The translations under genes and the position numbers were made by a program. Positions 1 to 9,955 of a DNA stretch of 23,367 nt are shown one piece after another. The stretch comes from a virus, in UHGV virus genome UHGV-0063792, one strand, 5' to 3'. The notes beneath the pieces were generated by a model that saw only the letters and a program-made list of their open reading frames with translations, was not told the DNA's origin and did no database searches. Every line of letters starts with the position of its first letter. The stretch's first letter is position 1.

Positions 1-142
1 CTTCCTGTGGAGCGTCGTCTACAGTCCAAGCATATGTAATAGTTCCGCCTCCAGTTTCACCACTGGGTGTAGCAGTAAACTGCTTAGTTTCATCAATAAC
101 CCCTGTCGGTGTTTTAGGAGTTATATCAACTGTAAAAGTCAT
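1..142 (-). CDS. hoc: Hoc, highly immunogenic outer capsid protein (N-terminal part; gene continues beyond window start)
   Basis: Minus-strand ATG at 142..140 preceded by AAGGA; translation MTFTVDITPKTPTGVIDETKQFTATPSGETGGGTITYAWTVDDAPQE matches the recalled N-terminus of T4 Hoc; open to window edge. Confidence 0.85.
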   Translation of the reverse strand, partial: MTFTVDITPKTPTGVIDETKQFTATPSGETGGGTITYAWTVDDAPQE

Positions 143-151
143 AAGTTATCC

Positions 152-832
152 TTATTTTAATGTTACGAAAGAAGAGTTGCGTGTTTCACGAATTAGAACT
201 GATCCGTCACGGTTAATGTAATAAATTAAGCTAAATAAAGTTTGGTGTGCTGACGCATGTTCAAAACTAGTTGGGTGAGATTTCCAATCAGGAGTTTCAG
301 CAATCCATTGATAAATCCACCAAGGAACAGTACAGAATCCTGGATTTTTTCCAATCAACTGAAGATTCGGGCTAAAGTTTTCCGGAAGAGTAAATACAGA
401 CGGCTTTTCAGATTCAATAATCTCAGCTACAGCCTGTTCAAATTTTTCTTCAACAAATGGAGTATCTTCAATCAAAACATCGGTATTTTCAGGAATTTTA
501 TCTGTTTCTACTACTTCAATTTTAATGTCAGATTTAACCGGAGAATCAATCAAAAGTGCTGCTTCTGGATTGACTTCTTCATCGTCATATTTTAACCCCT
601 CTGCAGCATCAGCAGCATCAATTAAGTCTTTAATAGATAACCCATCAGTCTCCGGCATAGGTTCACTAGCGAGCTTCTGGAGAGCTTCTTCAATATCATT
701 AACGATATTATCAAAAGATTTATTCTTTTTGACCTTTATACCAAACTGTTCAGCATATTCAGCTAATTTAGCTTTAGCTTCTTTATTATCATCAAGAGCC
801 TTCAGCTCTGCAATATAATCTTTATCTATCAT
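152..832 (-). CDS. inh: Inh-like protein (prohead protease inhibitor), 226 aa
   Basis: 226-aa ORF immediately upstream of hoc on the same strand, GAGGAAA SD before the ATG; acidic protein; assignment by synteny and size with T4 inh. Confidence 0.7.
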   Translation of the reverse strand: MIDKDYIAELKALDDNKEAKAKLAEYAEQFGIKVKKNKSFDNIVNDIEEALQKLASEPMPETDGLSIKDLIDAADAAEGLKYDDEEVNPEAALLIDSPVKSDIKIEVVETDKIPENTDVLIEDTPFVEEKFEQAVAEIIESEKPSVFTLPENFSPNLQLIGKNPGFCTVPWWIYQWIAETPDWKSHPTSFEHASAHQTLFSLIYYINRDGSVLIRETRNSSFVTLK

Positions 833-882
833 AATATTTCCTCAGTATAAATATAGATATATTTATTACATGGTATTTAGAC

Positions 883-2394
883 ATGACTGACATTAAAGTA
901 CATTTTTATGATTTTAGTCACGTGAGAATTGATTGCGAAGAAAGTACATTTCATGAACTCCGTGATTTCTTTAGCTTTGAAGCTGATGGGTATCGTTTTA
1001 ATCCGAAGTACAAATATGGCCACTGGGATGGACGAATTCGTCTTTTAGATTATAATCGCCTTCTTCCATTCGGTTTAGTCGGGCAAATTAAAAAGTTCTG
1101 CGATAACTTTGGCTATAAAGCCTGGATTGACCCACAGATTAACGAAAAAGAAGAATTATCAAGAAAAGATTTTGATGAATGGCTTTCTAAATTAGAAATC
1201 TATTCAGGAAATAAAAGAATTGAACCGCATTGGTATCAAAAAGATGCAGTGTTCGAAGGATTAGTTAATCGTCGTAGAATTCTTAATCTTCCAACATCCG
1301 CTGGTAAATCGTTAATTCAAGCTTTGCTTGCGCGATATTATTTGGAAAATTATGAAGGTAAAATTCTTATCATTGTTCCAACAACTGCTCTAACAACTCA
1401 GATGGCTGATGACTTCGTTGACTATCGTTTATTCAGTCATGCAATGATAAAGAAAATTGGTGGCGGAGCATCAAAAGATGATAAATATAAAAATGATGCA
1501 CCAGTCGTTGTTGGTACATGGCAAACTGTAGTAAAACAACCGAAAGAATGGTTCTCACAGTTTGGAATGATGATGAATGATGAATGCCATCTTGCTACAG
1601 GAAAAAGTATTTCATCTATCATATCAGGTTTAAATAACTGCATGTTCAAATTTGGTCTATCTGGTTCATTACGTGATGGCAAAGCCAATATCATGCAGTA
1701 TGTTGGAATGTTTGGTGAAATATTTAAGCCAGTAACGACTTCTAAGTTAATGGAAGATGGACAAGTAACTGAGCTAAAAATTAATAGTATTTTTCTTCGC
1801 TATCCCGATGAGTTCACTACTAAATTAAAGGGAAAAACTTATCAAGAAGAAATAAAAATTATTACGGGGCTTAGTAAAAGAAATAAATGGATCGCTAAAT
1901 TGGCTATTAAGCTTGCACAAAAAGATGAAAACGCTTTTGTCATGTTTAAACATGTATCACATGGTAAAGCTATTTTCGATTTAATTAAAAATGAATACGA
2001 TAAAGTTTATTACGTATCAGGGGAAGTTGATACCGAAACCCGCAATATAATGAAAACCTTAGCTGAAAATGGTAAAGGAATAATTATAGTAGCTAGTTAT
2101 GGTGTATTTTCTACTGGTATTTCAGTTAAAAATCTGCATCACGTTGTTTTAGCGCACGGTGTTAAATCAAAAATCATTGTATTACAAACAATCGGTCGTG
2201 TATTACGTAAGCATGGTTCTAAAACAATCGCAACAGTCTGGGACCTCATAGATGACTGTGGTGTCAAGCCAAAATCTGCTAATACTAAAAAGAAATATGT
2301 TCACTTGAACTATCTTTTAAAACACGGCATTGATCGTATTCAGCGCTACGCAGATGAAAAATTTAATTACGTAATGAAAACAGTTAATTTATAA
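883..2394 (+). CDS. uvsW: UvsW SF2 DNA/RNA helicase (recombination/repair, R-loop unwinding), 503 aa
   Basis: 503-aa ORF; Walker A-like LPTSAGKS, DECH box (MMMNDECHLA), helicase C-terminal motifs; N-terminus MTDIKVHFYDFSHVRIDCE as in T4 UvsW. Confidence 0.9.
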   Translation: MTDIKVHFYDFSHVRIDCEESTFHELRDFFSFEADGYRFNPKYKYGHWDGRIRLLDYNRLLPFGLVGQIKKFCDNFGYKAWIDPQINEKEELSRKDFDEWLSKLEIYSGNKRIEPHWYQKDAVFEGLVNRRRILNLPTSAGKSLIQALLARYYLENYEGKILIIVPTTALTTQMADDFVDYRLFSHAMIKKIGGGASKDDKYKNDAPVVVGTWQTVVKQPKEWFSQFGMMMNDECHLATGKSISSIISGLNNCMFKFGLSGSLRDGKANIMQYVGMFGEIFKPVTTSKLMEDGQVTELKINSIFLRYPDEFTTKLKGKTYQEEIKIITGLSKRNKWIAKLAIKLAQKDENAFVMFKHVSHGKAIFDLIKNEYDKVYYVSGEVDTETRNIMKTLAENGKGIIIVASYGVFSTGISVKNLHHVVLAHGVKSKIIVLQTIGRVLRKHGSKTIATVWDLIDDCGVKPKSANTKKKYVHLNYLLKHGIDRIQRYADEKFNYVMKTVNL

Positions 2395-2409
2395 GGGCTT
2401 CGGTCCTTT
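2393..2409 (+). other. UUCG-tetraloop hairpin immediately after the uvsW stop
   Basis: AAGGGC-UUCG-GUCCUU, 6-bp stem with one G.U; no strong U tract, so more likely an RNA stability/processing element than a terminator. Confidence 0.3.
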
Positions 2410-2419
2410 GGAGAAAAAG

Positions 2420-2650
2420 ATGTTACTAGAATTTAAACAATTTCTTTATGAAGCTTCTATTGATGAATTTATGGGTAAAATTGCCTCTTGTCAAACATTA
2501 GAAGGTTTAGAAGAACTTGAAGCTTATTATAAGAAAAGAGTTAAAGAAACTGAATTAAAAGATACTGATGACATCTCAGTCAGAGATGCTTTGGCAGGAA
2601 AAAGAGCTGAATTAGAAGATTCAGACGATGAAGTAGAAGAAAGCTTTTAA
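2420..2650 (+). CDS. uvsW.1: UvsW.1-like small acidic protein, 76 aa
   Basis: GGAG at 2410-2413, 6 nt before ATG 2420; the track ORF 2408 start is a TTG; acidic C-terminus; position directly after uvsW. Confidence 0.7.
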   Translation: MLLEFKQFLYEASIDEFMGKIASCQTLEGLEELEAYYKKRVKETELKDTDDISVRDALAGKRAELEDSDDEVEESF

Positions 2651-2682
2651 ATTAAAAAAGGCCCAACCAAAAAGGAAGGGCC
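2651..2682 (-). terminator. Candidate rho-independent terminator for minus-strand transcripts at the uvsW.1/uvsY.-2 convergence
   Basis: GGCCCAACC-AAAAA-GGAAGGGCC imperfect hairpin (2660-2682); on the minus strand it is followed by UUUUUUAAU. Confidence 0.4.
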
Positions 2683-2705
2683 AAAACTATAGACTAAAGG
2701 TCACA

Positions 2706-2873
2706 CTATAGCAAAAGTTGCGTTTCATTTAATTGTTCTTCCGAACTTTCTGAAACTGGTAGTTCTTTAATGTAATTATAGCAAGGCCCAGGATGTACAG
2801 GACCTTTGTCTGTTTCAACAACCAATGCAGAATCGATTGGAGTTTTACAGACAACACAAATCTTATCTGACAT
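2706..2873 (-). CDS. uvsY.-2: Small Cys-containing protein, 55 aa (position of T4 uvsY.-2); below the ORF-track size cutoff
   Basis: ATG at 2873..2871 preceded by GAGGAGA; translation MSDKICVVCKTPIDSALVVETDKGPVHPGPCYNYIKELPVSESSEEQLNETQLLL; stop TAG 2708..2706. Confidence 0.55.
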   Translation of the reverse strand: MSDKICVVCKTPIDSALVVETDKGPVHPGPCYNYIKELPVSESSEEQLNETQLLL

Positions 2874-2898
2874 GATTGTCTCCTCTGAATTATATATC

Positions 2899-2906
2899 TA
2901 TTTATA
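2899..2906 (-). promoter_or_regulatory. Candidate T4 late promoter (TATAAATA) upstream of uvsY.-2
   Basis: Exact TATAAATA on the minus strand, about 25 nt upstream of the ATG at 2873. Confidence 0.35.
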
Positions 2907-3126
2907 CAACTCTCATATGCATATCAATGCCCATATCTTTAGAATAAAAATATTCATCAAGATATCCGGCAAATTTTCCTTTAATATAAAGAACATCTTC
3001 ACCGCACGGGTGGTCGGCCAGGATACGAATATCCTGACGCTTAAGATTATGCTTTTTCATTAAGAATTGAATTTCCGTTTCAAATTCTTCTTCATAATTA
3101 AAAGCATCATCAATGTTATATCTCAT
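2902..3126 (-). CDS. uvsY.-1: UvsY.-1-like protein, 74 aa
   Basis: ORF whose start overlaps the uvsY stop (TAATG); synteny with T4. Confidence 0.65.
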   Translation of the reverse strand: MRYNIDDAFNYEEEFETEIQFLMKKHNLKRQDIRILADHPCGEDVLYIKGKFAGYLDEYFYSKDMGIDMHMRVV

Positions 3127-3539
3127 TATTTTCCAGCCTCAAATGCTCGCATGTCTTGAATATGCTTAATAGCAAATCCACGTGATTTAATAGCATCAAG
3201 AGCTCCGCTACAGAAATCTAATAAAATCCCCCAATACTGTAACGAGGTATCAACCTTTAAAACATCCTTATCAGCTGATAGAACTGTCTTCATTTCTGAT
3301 TTCTCGTAACGATCCATACTAAATTCATCACCATCTCCTCGTCCCGAGTAGTAGTCTAATTTAGCTTTAAGAGCAACTTTTTTCTGTGCTTCAATTCTAA
3401 GCATTTCCTTTTTAATACTTGAATGCTTATTAAGCCATTTACTATATAACATCACATTATTAGCTGCTTCATACTGTAATTTAGTCGAATCTATAAACAC
3501 ATCTTTCTTCAATTCTTCTTGAAGATCTTCTAATCTCAT
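3126..3539 (-). CDS. uvsY: UvsY recombination mediator protein, 137 aa
   Basis: 137-aa ORF MRLEDLQEELKKDVFIDSTKLQYEAANNVMLYSKWL, matching T4 UvsY in sequence and length. Confidence 0.9.
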   Translation of the reverse strand: MRLEDLQEELKKDVFIDSTKLQYEAANNVMLYSKWLNKHSSIKKEMLRIEAQKKVALKAKLDYYSGRGDGDEFSMDRYEKSEMKTVLSADKDVLKVDTSLQYWGILLDFCSGALDAIKSRGFAIKHIQDMRAFEAGK

Positions 3540-3579
3540 ATTGTTCTCTATTCAATTGTTATTGGATGGACTTAGATTC

Positions 3580-3606
3580 ATTATACCACGTTTATACGTG
3601 AAGCAT
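3580..3606 (-). promoter_or_regulatory. MotA-dependent middle promoter of uvsY; corresponds to the T4 replication origin ori(uvsY)/oriF region
   Basis: Minus strand reads aATGCTTCA (MotA box), 13 nt, then TATAAT; the ATG is about 40 nt downstream. Confidence 0.55.
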
Positions 3607-4004
3607 TATACTCTATTACTGGAAGCCAGTTGTAGTTTTATCTGCTCAATATCATCAGGGTTATCGATGACTGAAAAGCGTATTTCTACTATCAAAGTAT
3701 AATCATCATAAACCGGTATTACATTAACTGCTAATTTATCAATACGTGGCTCATAGTTTCTTACTGCGCTTTCGATATTACGCTCAACCGTGTCAGCAGT
3801 AAGAGGAGTCATATTCTCAAAAAGTTGGTCAGATAAATCGCATCCAAATTCAGGGTCAAACGGTCTTGAACCTTTTCTTGTTGTAATAATTCCTAAAAGA
3901 CTATTTTTAATTGACCTTAATCCAAGTGATCTTGAAACGTCTTTGTTCCAATCCATTTTCATCTCTGGGTCAATATCAGAATAAAGCTTATTAATATTTG
4001 CCAT
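3606..4004 (-). CDS. 25: gp25 baseplate wedge subunit (lysozyme-fold), 132 aa
   Basis: 132-aa [31 protein letters not shown], matching T4 gp25; TAATG overlap with gene 26. Confidence 0.9.
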   Translation of the reverse strand: MANINKLYSDIDPEMKMDWNKDVSRSLGLRSIKNSLLGIITTRKGSRPFDPEFGCDLSDQLFENMTPLTADTVERNIESAVRNYEPRIDKLAVNVIPVYDDYTLIVEIRFSVIDNPDDIEQIKLQLASSNRV

Positions 4005-4630
4005 TACAATAGCTCAAAGAATTCTTTGAGTCCTCTTATTACATGAGCGTGAGTTTTTCCACACTCTGGACATTTAATTGGAACAGCCAAATAAACAGTA
4101 GGCTTTAAAAGCATATCTTTTATAGCTACAATATCTGACTCTGTGATGATAGAATATAAATCTTCTAGTTCCTTTTCATTTAAGTCTTCAACTGGAATGC
4201 TTTCCCCGTTAGCATGAATCGTTTCTATACATGATACTATCATGTGGGCTATATTTTTATCATCAAAAATTTTAGGGTATCGGAATTTAATTTTAATGTC
4301 ACCCAGTGTATACCAAAGGTCTTCTGGTGCATCTATTTGTGTATGTAATAGATTTATATGGGTTGGTATTTCAGTTCCGCAGGTGCACTTCCAGGAGTTT
4401 TCGTGATTAACTTCTCCAAGAGAATGCGCCCATAAATGAATCAACAATAGTTCTGATTCTTGGCGATTTAAATCTTTTGCATTTGTGCAGTCTTTGATTA
4501 GCTTTTTAACAATTACTTCTACAGAACCATTATTTTTGGCAGTAATAAGTTCTAGATATTCTTTAAGAGTAAATGCGCGACAGTTGATTATTTTAGAACC
4601 AACTCTCACATCAAATTTGTATTCATACAT
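4004..4630 (-). CDS. 26: gp26 baseplate hub subunit, 208 aa
   Basis: 208-aa ORF, AAAGGAG SD; size and position as T4 gene 26. Confidence 0.85.
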   Translation of the reverse strand: MYEYKFDVRVGSKIINCRAFTLKEYLELITAKNNGSVEVIVKKLIKDCTNAKDLNRQESELLLIHLWAHSLGEVNHENSWKCTCGTEIPTHINLLHTQIDAPEDLWYTLGDIKIKFRYPKIFDDKNIAHMIVSCIETIHANGESIPVEDLNEKELEDLYSIITESDIVAIKDMLLKPTVYLAVPIKCPECGKTHAHVIRGLKEFFELL

Positions 4631-4651
4631 ATTTAGCTCCTTTATTTATCA

Positions 4652-4659
4652 TATTTATA
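4652..4659 (-). promoter_or_regulatory. Late promoter TATAAATA for genes 26-25
   Basis: Exact TATAAATA on the minus strand, about 20 nt upstream of the gene 26 ATG. Confidence 0.5.
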
Positions 4660-4663
4660 AATA
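4656..4663 (+). promoter_or_regulatory. Late promoter TATAAATA for gene 51 and the downstream hub operon
   Basis: Exact TATAAATA on the plus strand; GGAG at 4672-4675; ATG at 4681. Confidence 0.5.
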
Positions 4664-4680
4664 GAATAAAAGGAGCATCT

Positions 4681-5430
4681 ATGGCAAACATTATTCGTTG
4701 TAAATTACCAGATGGTGTTCATCGTTTTAAACCATTTACGGTAGAAGATTATCGAGATTTTTTGTTAGTTCGAAACGATATAGAGCATCGGTCACCACAA
4801 GAACAAAAAGAAATAATTACTGATTTAATTGATGATTATTTTGGAGACTATCCGAAGACTTGGCAACCATTTATATTTTTGCAGGTATTTGTAGGTTCAA
4901 TAGGTAAAACTAAAGTACCAGTCACATTTGTATGTCCAAAATGTAAAAAAGAAAAGACAGTTCCATTTGAAATATATCAAAAAGAATTAAAGGAACCTAT
5001 TTTTGATGTAGCTAATGTTAAAATTAAATTAAATTTTCCTTCTGAGTTTTATGAAAATAAAGCAAAGATGATTACTGAAAATATTCATTCTGTTCAAGTA
5101 GATGAAATGTGGTATGATTGGAAGGAAATTAGTGAATCGAGTCAAATAGAACTTGTTGACGCCATCGAGATAGAAACATTAGAAAAAATTCTCGATGCAA
5201 TGAATCCTATTAATTTAACATTGCACATGTCGTGTTGTGATAAGTACATTAAAAAATACACTGATATAGTAGATGTGTTTAAGCTATTAGTTAATCCAGA
5301 TGAGATATTTACTTTTTATCAAATTAATCACACGCTTGTAAAAAGTAATTATAGCTTAAATTCAATAATGAAAATGATTCCTGCCGAGCGCGGATTCGTA
5401 TTAAAACTGATTGAGAAGGATAAACAATAA
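4681..5430 (+). CDS. 51: gp51 baseplate hub assembly catalyst, 249 aa
   Basis: 249-aa ORF with strong SD; size and position as T4 gene 51. Confidence 0.85.
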   Translation: MANIIRCKLPDGVHRFKPFTVEDYRDFLLVRNDIEHRSPQEQKEIITDLIDDYFGDYPKTWQPFIFLQVFVGSIGKTKVPVTFVCPKCKKEKTVPFEIYQKELKEPIFDVANVKIKLNFPSEFYENKAKMITENIHSVQVDEMWYDWKEISESSQIELVDAIEIETLEKILDAMNPINLTLHMSCCDKYIKKYTDIVDVFKLLVNPDEIFTFYQINHTLVKSNYSLNSIMKMIPAERGFVLKLIEKDKQ

Positions 5431-6602
5431 TGAGTATGTTGCAACGCCCCGGATATCCAAATCTCAGCGTTAAATTATTTGAGAGTTATGACGCTTGGAG
5501 TAATAATAGATTTGTTGAATTAGCTGCTACTATTACCACATTAACTATGCGGGATTCTCTTTATGGTCGAAATGAAGGAATGCTACAATTTTATGATTCT
5601 AAAAATATCCATACAAAAATGGATGGAAATGAAATAATTCAGATTTCTGTAGCTAATGCAAACGATATTAATAATGTTAAAACAAGAATTTATGGATGTA
5701 AGCATTTTTCTGTATCTGTAGATTCAAAAGGTGATAACATCATTGCTATTGAATTGGGAACTATTCATTCTATAGAAAATCTTAAATTTGGTAGACCATT
5801 TTTCCCTGATGCAGGTGAATCTATAAAAGAAATGCTTGGTGTCATTTATCAAGACCGCACATTATTAACTCCAGCAATAAATGCTATAAATGCTTATGTT
5901 CCTGATATTCCATGGACTAGCACATTTGAAAACTATTTGTCATATGTAAGAGAAGTTGCTCTAGCGGTAGGAAGCGATAAGTTCGTATTTGTATGGCAAG
6001 ACATCATGGGAGTTAACATGATGGACTATGATATGATGATAAATCAAGAACCATATCCAATGATTGTAGGTGAGCCAACTTTAATAGGTCAATTCGTCCA
6101 AGAATTGAAATATCCATTAGCATATGATTTTGTTTGGTTGACTAAATCAAACCCGCATAAACGTGATCCAATGAAAAATGCTACTATCTATGCTCATTCA
6201 TTTTTAGATTCTTCATTACCAATGATTACTACAGGAAAGGGTGAAAACTCTATTGTAGTGTCAAGGTCAGGTGCTTATTCTGAAATGACTTATAGAAATG
6301 GATATGAAGAAGCTATTCGTCTTCAGACTATGGCGCAATATGACGGCTATGCTAAATGTTCTACTGTCGGTAATTTTAACTTGACTCCTGGCGTTAAAAT
6401 TATTTTTAATGATAGTAAAAACCAATTTAAAACAGAATTTTACGTTGATGAAGTTATTCACGAATTATCAAATAATAATTCCGTAACTCATCTATATATG
6501 TTCACTAATGCAACGAAACTGGAAACAATCGACCCAGTTAAGGTTAAAAATGAATTTAAAACTGATACTACCACTGAAGAAAGTAGTTCTTCCGATAAGT
6601 AA
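5430..6602 (+). CDS. 27: gp27 baseplate hub subunit, 390 aa
   Basis: 390-aa ORF starting in a TAATG overlap with gene 51; matches T4 gp27. Confidence 0.9.
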   Translation: MSMLQRPGYPNLSVKLFESYDAWSNNRFVELAATITTLTMRDSLYGRNEGMLQFYDSKNIHTKMDGNEIIQISVANANDINNVKTRIYGCKHFSVSVDSKGDNIIAIELGTIHSIENLKFGRPFFPDAGESIKEMLGVIYQDRTLLTPAINAINAYVPDIPWTSTFENYLSYVREVALAVGSDKFVFVWQDIMGVNMMDYDMMINQEPYPMIVGEPTLIGQFVQELKYPLAYDFVWLTKSNPHKRDPMKNATIYAHSFLDSSLPMITTGKGENSIVVSRSGAYSEMTYRNGYEEAIRLQTMAQYDGYAKCSTVGNFNLTPGVKIIFNDSKNQFKTEFYVDEVIHELSNNNSVTHLYMFTNATKLETIDPVKVKNEFKTDTTTEESSSSDK

Positions 6603-7083
6603 TAAAGAAGTTTCTATTCCTAAGATGGGTCTTAAACATTATAACATTTTAAAAGATGTTAAAGGTCCTGATGAAAATTTAAAGCTTCTTATTGATTCTA
6701 TTTGTCCAAATTTATCACCGGCAGAAGTTGATTTCGTTTCTATTCATTTATTGGAATTTAATGGAAAGATTAAATCTCGTAAAGAAATAGATGGCTATAC
6801 TTATGACATTAATGATGTTTATGTATGCCAAAGATTAGAATTTCAATACCAAGGAAATACATTTTATTTTAGACCTCCTGGAAAATTTGAACAATTTTTA
6901 ACGGTGAGCGATATGTTATCTAAATGCTTGCTTAAGGTCAACGATGAAGTTAAAGAAATTAATTTTCTTGAGATGCCAGCATTCGTTTTAAAATGGGCAA
7001 ATGATATTTTTACAACTTTAGCAATTCCTGGCCCTAATGGTCCAATAACTGGAATTGGCAATATTATTGGATTATTTGAATGA
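6550..7083 (+). CDS. 28: gp28 baseplate hub distal subunit, 177 aa
   Basis: Start chosen at ATG 6550 (AAGG SD 7 nt upstream), giving the T4 gp28 length of 177 aa; the track ORF 6508 start is a TTG; overlaps the gene 27 3' end by 53 nt in another frame. Confidence 0.7.
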   Translation: MNLKLILPLKKVVLPISNKEVSIPKMGLKHYNILKDVKGPDENLKLLIDSICPNLSPAEVDFVSIHLLEFNGKIKSRKEIDGYTYDINDVYVCQRLEFQYQGNTFYFRPPGKFEQFLTVSDMLSKCLLKVNDEVKEINFLEMPAFVLKWANDIFTTLAIPGPNGPITGIGNIIGLFE

Positions 7084-8852
7084 AAAAGCCACAAGAAATG
7101 CAAACGATGCGTAGAAAAGTTATTTCAGATAATAAACCAACACAGGAAGCGGCTAAATCCGCTTCCAATACTTTATCTGGACTTAATGACATTTCTACAA
7201 AATTGGATGATGCTCAAGCTGCTTCTGAATTAATAGCTCAAACCGTTGAAGAAAAATCGAATGAAATAATTGGAGCAATTGACAATGTAGAAAGCGCAGT
7301 GAGTGATACTACTGCTGGTTCTGAGTTAATTGCTGAAACTGTCGAAATTGGCAATAATATTAATAAAGAAATCGGTGAATCGCTCGGAAGTAAATTAGAT
7401 AAATTAACGAGTTTACTCGAGCAAAAAATCCAGACAGCCGGAATTCAACAAACAGGAACTAGTTTAGCTACGGTTGAAAGCGCTATTCCTGTTAAAGTTG
7501 TTGAGGACGATACAGCTGAATCCGTGGGTCCTTTATTACCAGCTCCTGAAGCAGTTAATAATGATCCTGACGCTGATTTTTTCCCTGCCCCTCAACCAGT
7601 TGAACCTAAGCGAGAGTCACCGGAAGAAAAACAGAAAAAAGAAGCATTTAATTTAAAATTATCTCAAGCTTTAGATAAATTAACAAAGACTGTTGATTTT
7701 GGATTTAAAAAATCCATTTCAATTACTGATAAAATATCAAGCATGCTATTTAAGTATACTGTCAGTGCTGCTATTGAAGCTGCTAAAATGGTTGCATTAA
7801 TAATGGCTGTTGTTATTGGAATAGACCTACTGATGGTTCATTTTAAATATTGGTCAGATAAATTTTCAAAAGCCTGGGATTTGTTTAGCACTGATTTTAA
7901 AACTTTTTCAAGCGAAACCGGAACTTGGGGTCCTTTATTACAGAGCATCTTTGAATCTATTGATGAAATTAAAAAGTTCTGGGAAGCGGGAGATTGGGGC
8001 GGTTTGACGGTAGCTATTGTAGAAGGGCTTGGAAAGGTTCTTTATAATTTAGGAGAACTTATTCAGCTTGGAATGGCTAAATTATCAGCAGCAATTCTTC
8101 GAGTTATTCCTGGTATGAAAGATACTGCTGACGAAGTAGAAGGAAGAGCACTGGAAAATTTCCAAAATTCTACTGGAGCATCTCTCAATAAAGAAGACCA
8201 GGAAAAAGTTGCGAATTATCAAGATAAACGAATGAATGGAGACCTTGGTCCGATAGCAGAAGGACTAGACAAAATTGCGAACTGGAAAACTCGTGCATCT
8301 AACTGGATTCGTGGTGTTGATAATAAAGAAGCATTGACAACTGATGAAGAACGCGCAGCAGAAGAAGAAAAATTAAAGCAGCTTTCACCAGAAGAAAGAA
8401 AAAATGCTTTAATGAAGGCTAATGAAGCCCGTGCCGCGATGATTCGTTTTGAAAAATATGCTGATTCAGCTGATATGAGTAAAGACTCAACGGTTAAATC
8501 AGTTGAAGCTGCCTATGAAGACCTTAAAAAACGAATGGATGACCCGGATTTAAATAATTCACCGGCAGTTAAAAAAGAACTTGCTGCTAGATTTTCTAAA
8601 ATTGATGCTACTTATCAAGAGCTCAAGAAAAATCAGCCTAATGCCAAACCTCAAACTTCTGCTAAATCGCCAGAAGCAAAACAAGTCCAGGTAATAGAAA
8701 AGAACAAAGCACAGCAAGCTCCTATTCAACAAGCATCTCCTTCAATCAATAATACTAATAATGTTATTAAGAAAAATACTGTCGTTCATAATATGACACC
8801 CGTAACGAGCACGACTGCTCCTGGTGTATTTGATGCGACTGGAGTTAATTAA
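7080..8852 (+). CDS. 29: gp29 baseplate hub subunit / tail length determinator, 590 aa
   Basis: 590-aa ORF, ATGA overlap with gene 28; Ala/Glu/Lys-rich extended protein as T4 gp29. Confidence 0.9.
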   Translation: MKKPQEMQTMRRKVISDNKPTQEAAKSASNTLSGLNDISTKLDDAQAASELIAQTVEEKSNEIIGAIDNVESAVSDTTAGSELIAETVEIGNNINKEIGESLGSKLDKLTSLLEQKIQTAGIQQTGTSLATVESAIPVKVVEDDTAESVGPLLPAPEAVNNDPDADFFPAPQPVEPKRESPEEKQKKEAFNLKLSQALDKLTKTVDFGFKKSISITDKISSMLFKYTVSAAIEAAKMVALIMAVVIGIDLLMVHFKYWSDKFSKAWDLFSTDFKTFSSETGTWGPLLQSIFESIDEIKKFWEAGDWGGLTVAIVEGLGKVLYNLGELIQLGMAKLSAAILRVIPGMKDTADEVEGRALENFQNSTGASLNKEDQEKVANYQDKRMNGDLGPIAEGLDKIANWKTRASNWIRGVDNKEALTTDEERAAEEEKLKQLSPEERKNALMKANEARAAMIRFEKYADSADMSKDSTVKSVEAAYEDLKKRMDDPDLNNSPAVKKELAARFSKIDATYQELKKNQPNAKPQTSAKSPEAKQVQVIEKNKAQQAPIQQASPSINNTNNVIKKNTVVHNMTPVTSTTAPGVFDATGVN

Positions 8853-8860
8853 GGAATAAT

Positions 8861-9955
8861 ATGGCAATTGTTAAAGAAATAACTGCTGATTTAATTAAAA
8901 AGTCCGGTGAGAAAATTTCAGCCGGACAGAGTACTAAATCAGAAGTAGCAACTAAAACATACACTGCCCAGTTTCCAACTGGGCGTGCTAGTGGTAATGA
9001 CACTACAGGGGACTTCCAGGTAACAGATCTATATAAGAATGGATTATTATTTACTGCATACAATATGTCATCTAGGGATTCTGGAAGTCTTAGAACGATG
9101 AGATCTAACTACTCTTCTTCATCTTCGAGTATTTTACGTACAGCCAGAAACACTATCAGTAATACAGTATCAAAACTATCAAATGGACTAATATCAGATA
9201 ATAATTCAGGAACAATAAGTAAAGTTCCTGTTGCAAATATTCTTTTACCTAGATCTAAATCTGACGTCGATACGTCATCACATAGATTTAATGATGTTCA
9301 AGATAGTCTTATTACAAAAGGTGGAGGTACTGCTACTGGTGTGCTAAGCAATATGGCTTCAACCGCAGTATTTGGAGCGCTGGAAAGTATAACACAAGGT
9401 ATAATGGCTGATAATAATGAACAGATTTATACGACAGCCAGAAGCATGTACGGCGGTGCTGAAAATAGAACTAAAGTGTTCACTTGGGATTTGACTCCGC
9501 GCTCAACAGAAGATTTAATGGCTATTATTAATATCTATCAGTATTTTAACTATTTTTCTTACGGTGAAACTGGTAAATCTCAATATGCTGCTGAAATAAA
9601 AAGATATCTAGATGAGTGGTACCGTTCTACTTTTATTGAGCCGTTAACTCCAGAAGATGCAGTTAAAAATAAGACGTTATTTGAGAAAATGACATCGAGT
9701 TTAACTAACGTTCTTGTAGTTTCAAACCCGACAATTTGGATGGTGAAAAACTTTGGTGCAACATCTAAGTTTGATGGAAAAACGGAAATATTCGGTCCAT
9801 GTCAAATCCAGAGTATCAGATTTGATAAAACACCTAATGGTAACTTTAACGGATTAGCTATTGCTCCAAATCTCCCTAGTACATTTACTCTCGAGATTAC
9901 TATGAGAGAAATTATCACGTTAAACCGTGCTTCTTTATATGCGGGGACTTTTTAA
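8861..9955 (+). CDS. 48: gp48 baseplate tail-tube junction protein, 364 aa
   Basis: 364-aa ORF with AAGGAA SD; matches T4 gp48. Confidence 0.9.
   Translation: MAIVKEITADLIKKSGEKISAGQSTKSEVATKTYTAQFPTGRASGNDTTGDFQVTDLYKNGLLFTAYNMSSRDSGSLRTMRSNYSSSSSSILRTARNTISNTVSKLSNGLISDNNSGTISKVPVANILLPRSKSDVDTSSHRFNDVQDSLITKGGGTATGVLSNMASTAVFGALESITQGIMADNNEQIYTTARSMYGGAENRTKVFTWDLTPRSTEDLMAIINIYQYFNYFSYGETGKSQYAAEIKRYLDEWYRSTFIEPLTPEDAVKNKTLFEKMTSSLTNVLVVSNPTIWMVKNFGATSKFDGKTEIFGPCQIQSIRFDKTPNGNFNGLAIAPNLPSTFTLEITMREIITLNRASLYAGTF

Noticed and set aside
257-818. Plus-strand ORFs 257..595 and 525..818
   Set aside because: They lie entirely antisense to inh, have low-complexity composition and no RBS; shadow ORFs of the real minus-strand gene
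833-882. Possible homing-endonuclease (segD-like) insertion between inh and uvsW
   Set aside because: The interval is only 50 bp and holds divergent promoter signals (a plus-strand TATAAATA at 846-853, which I take as the uvsW late promoter). No mobile element is present, and I am not certain enough of the T4 gene order to call its absence meaningful
1437-1694. Minus-strand ORF inside uvsW
   Set aside because: Embedded antisense in a confidently identified helicase gene; no start context
2806-3063. Plus-strand ORF 2806..3063
   Set aside because: Antisense to uvsY.-2/uvsY.-1 and spans their promoter region; composition not protein-like
6267-9063. Short ORFs 6267..6461(-), 6864..7103(-), 7474..7656(+), 8845..9063(-)
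   Set aside because: All are nested in or antisense to baseplate genes 27, 28, 29 and 48 with no independent signals
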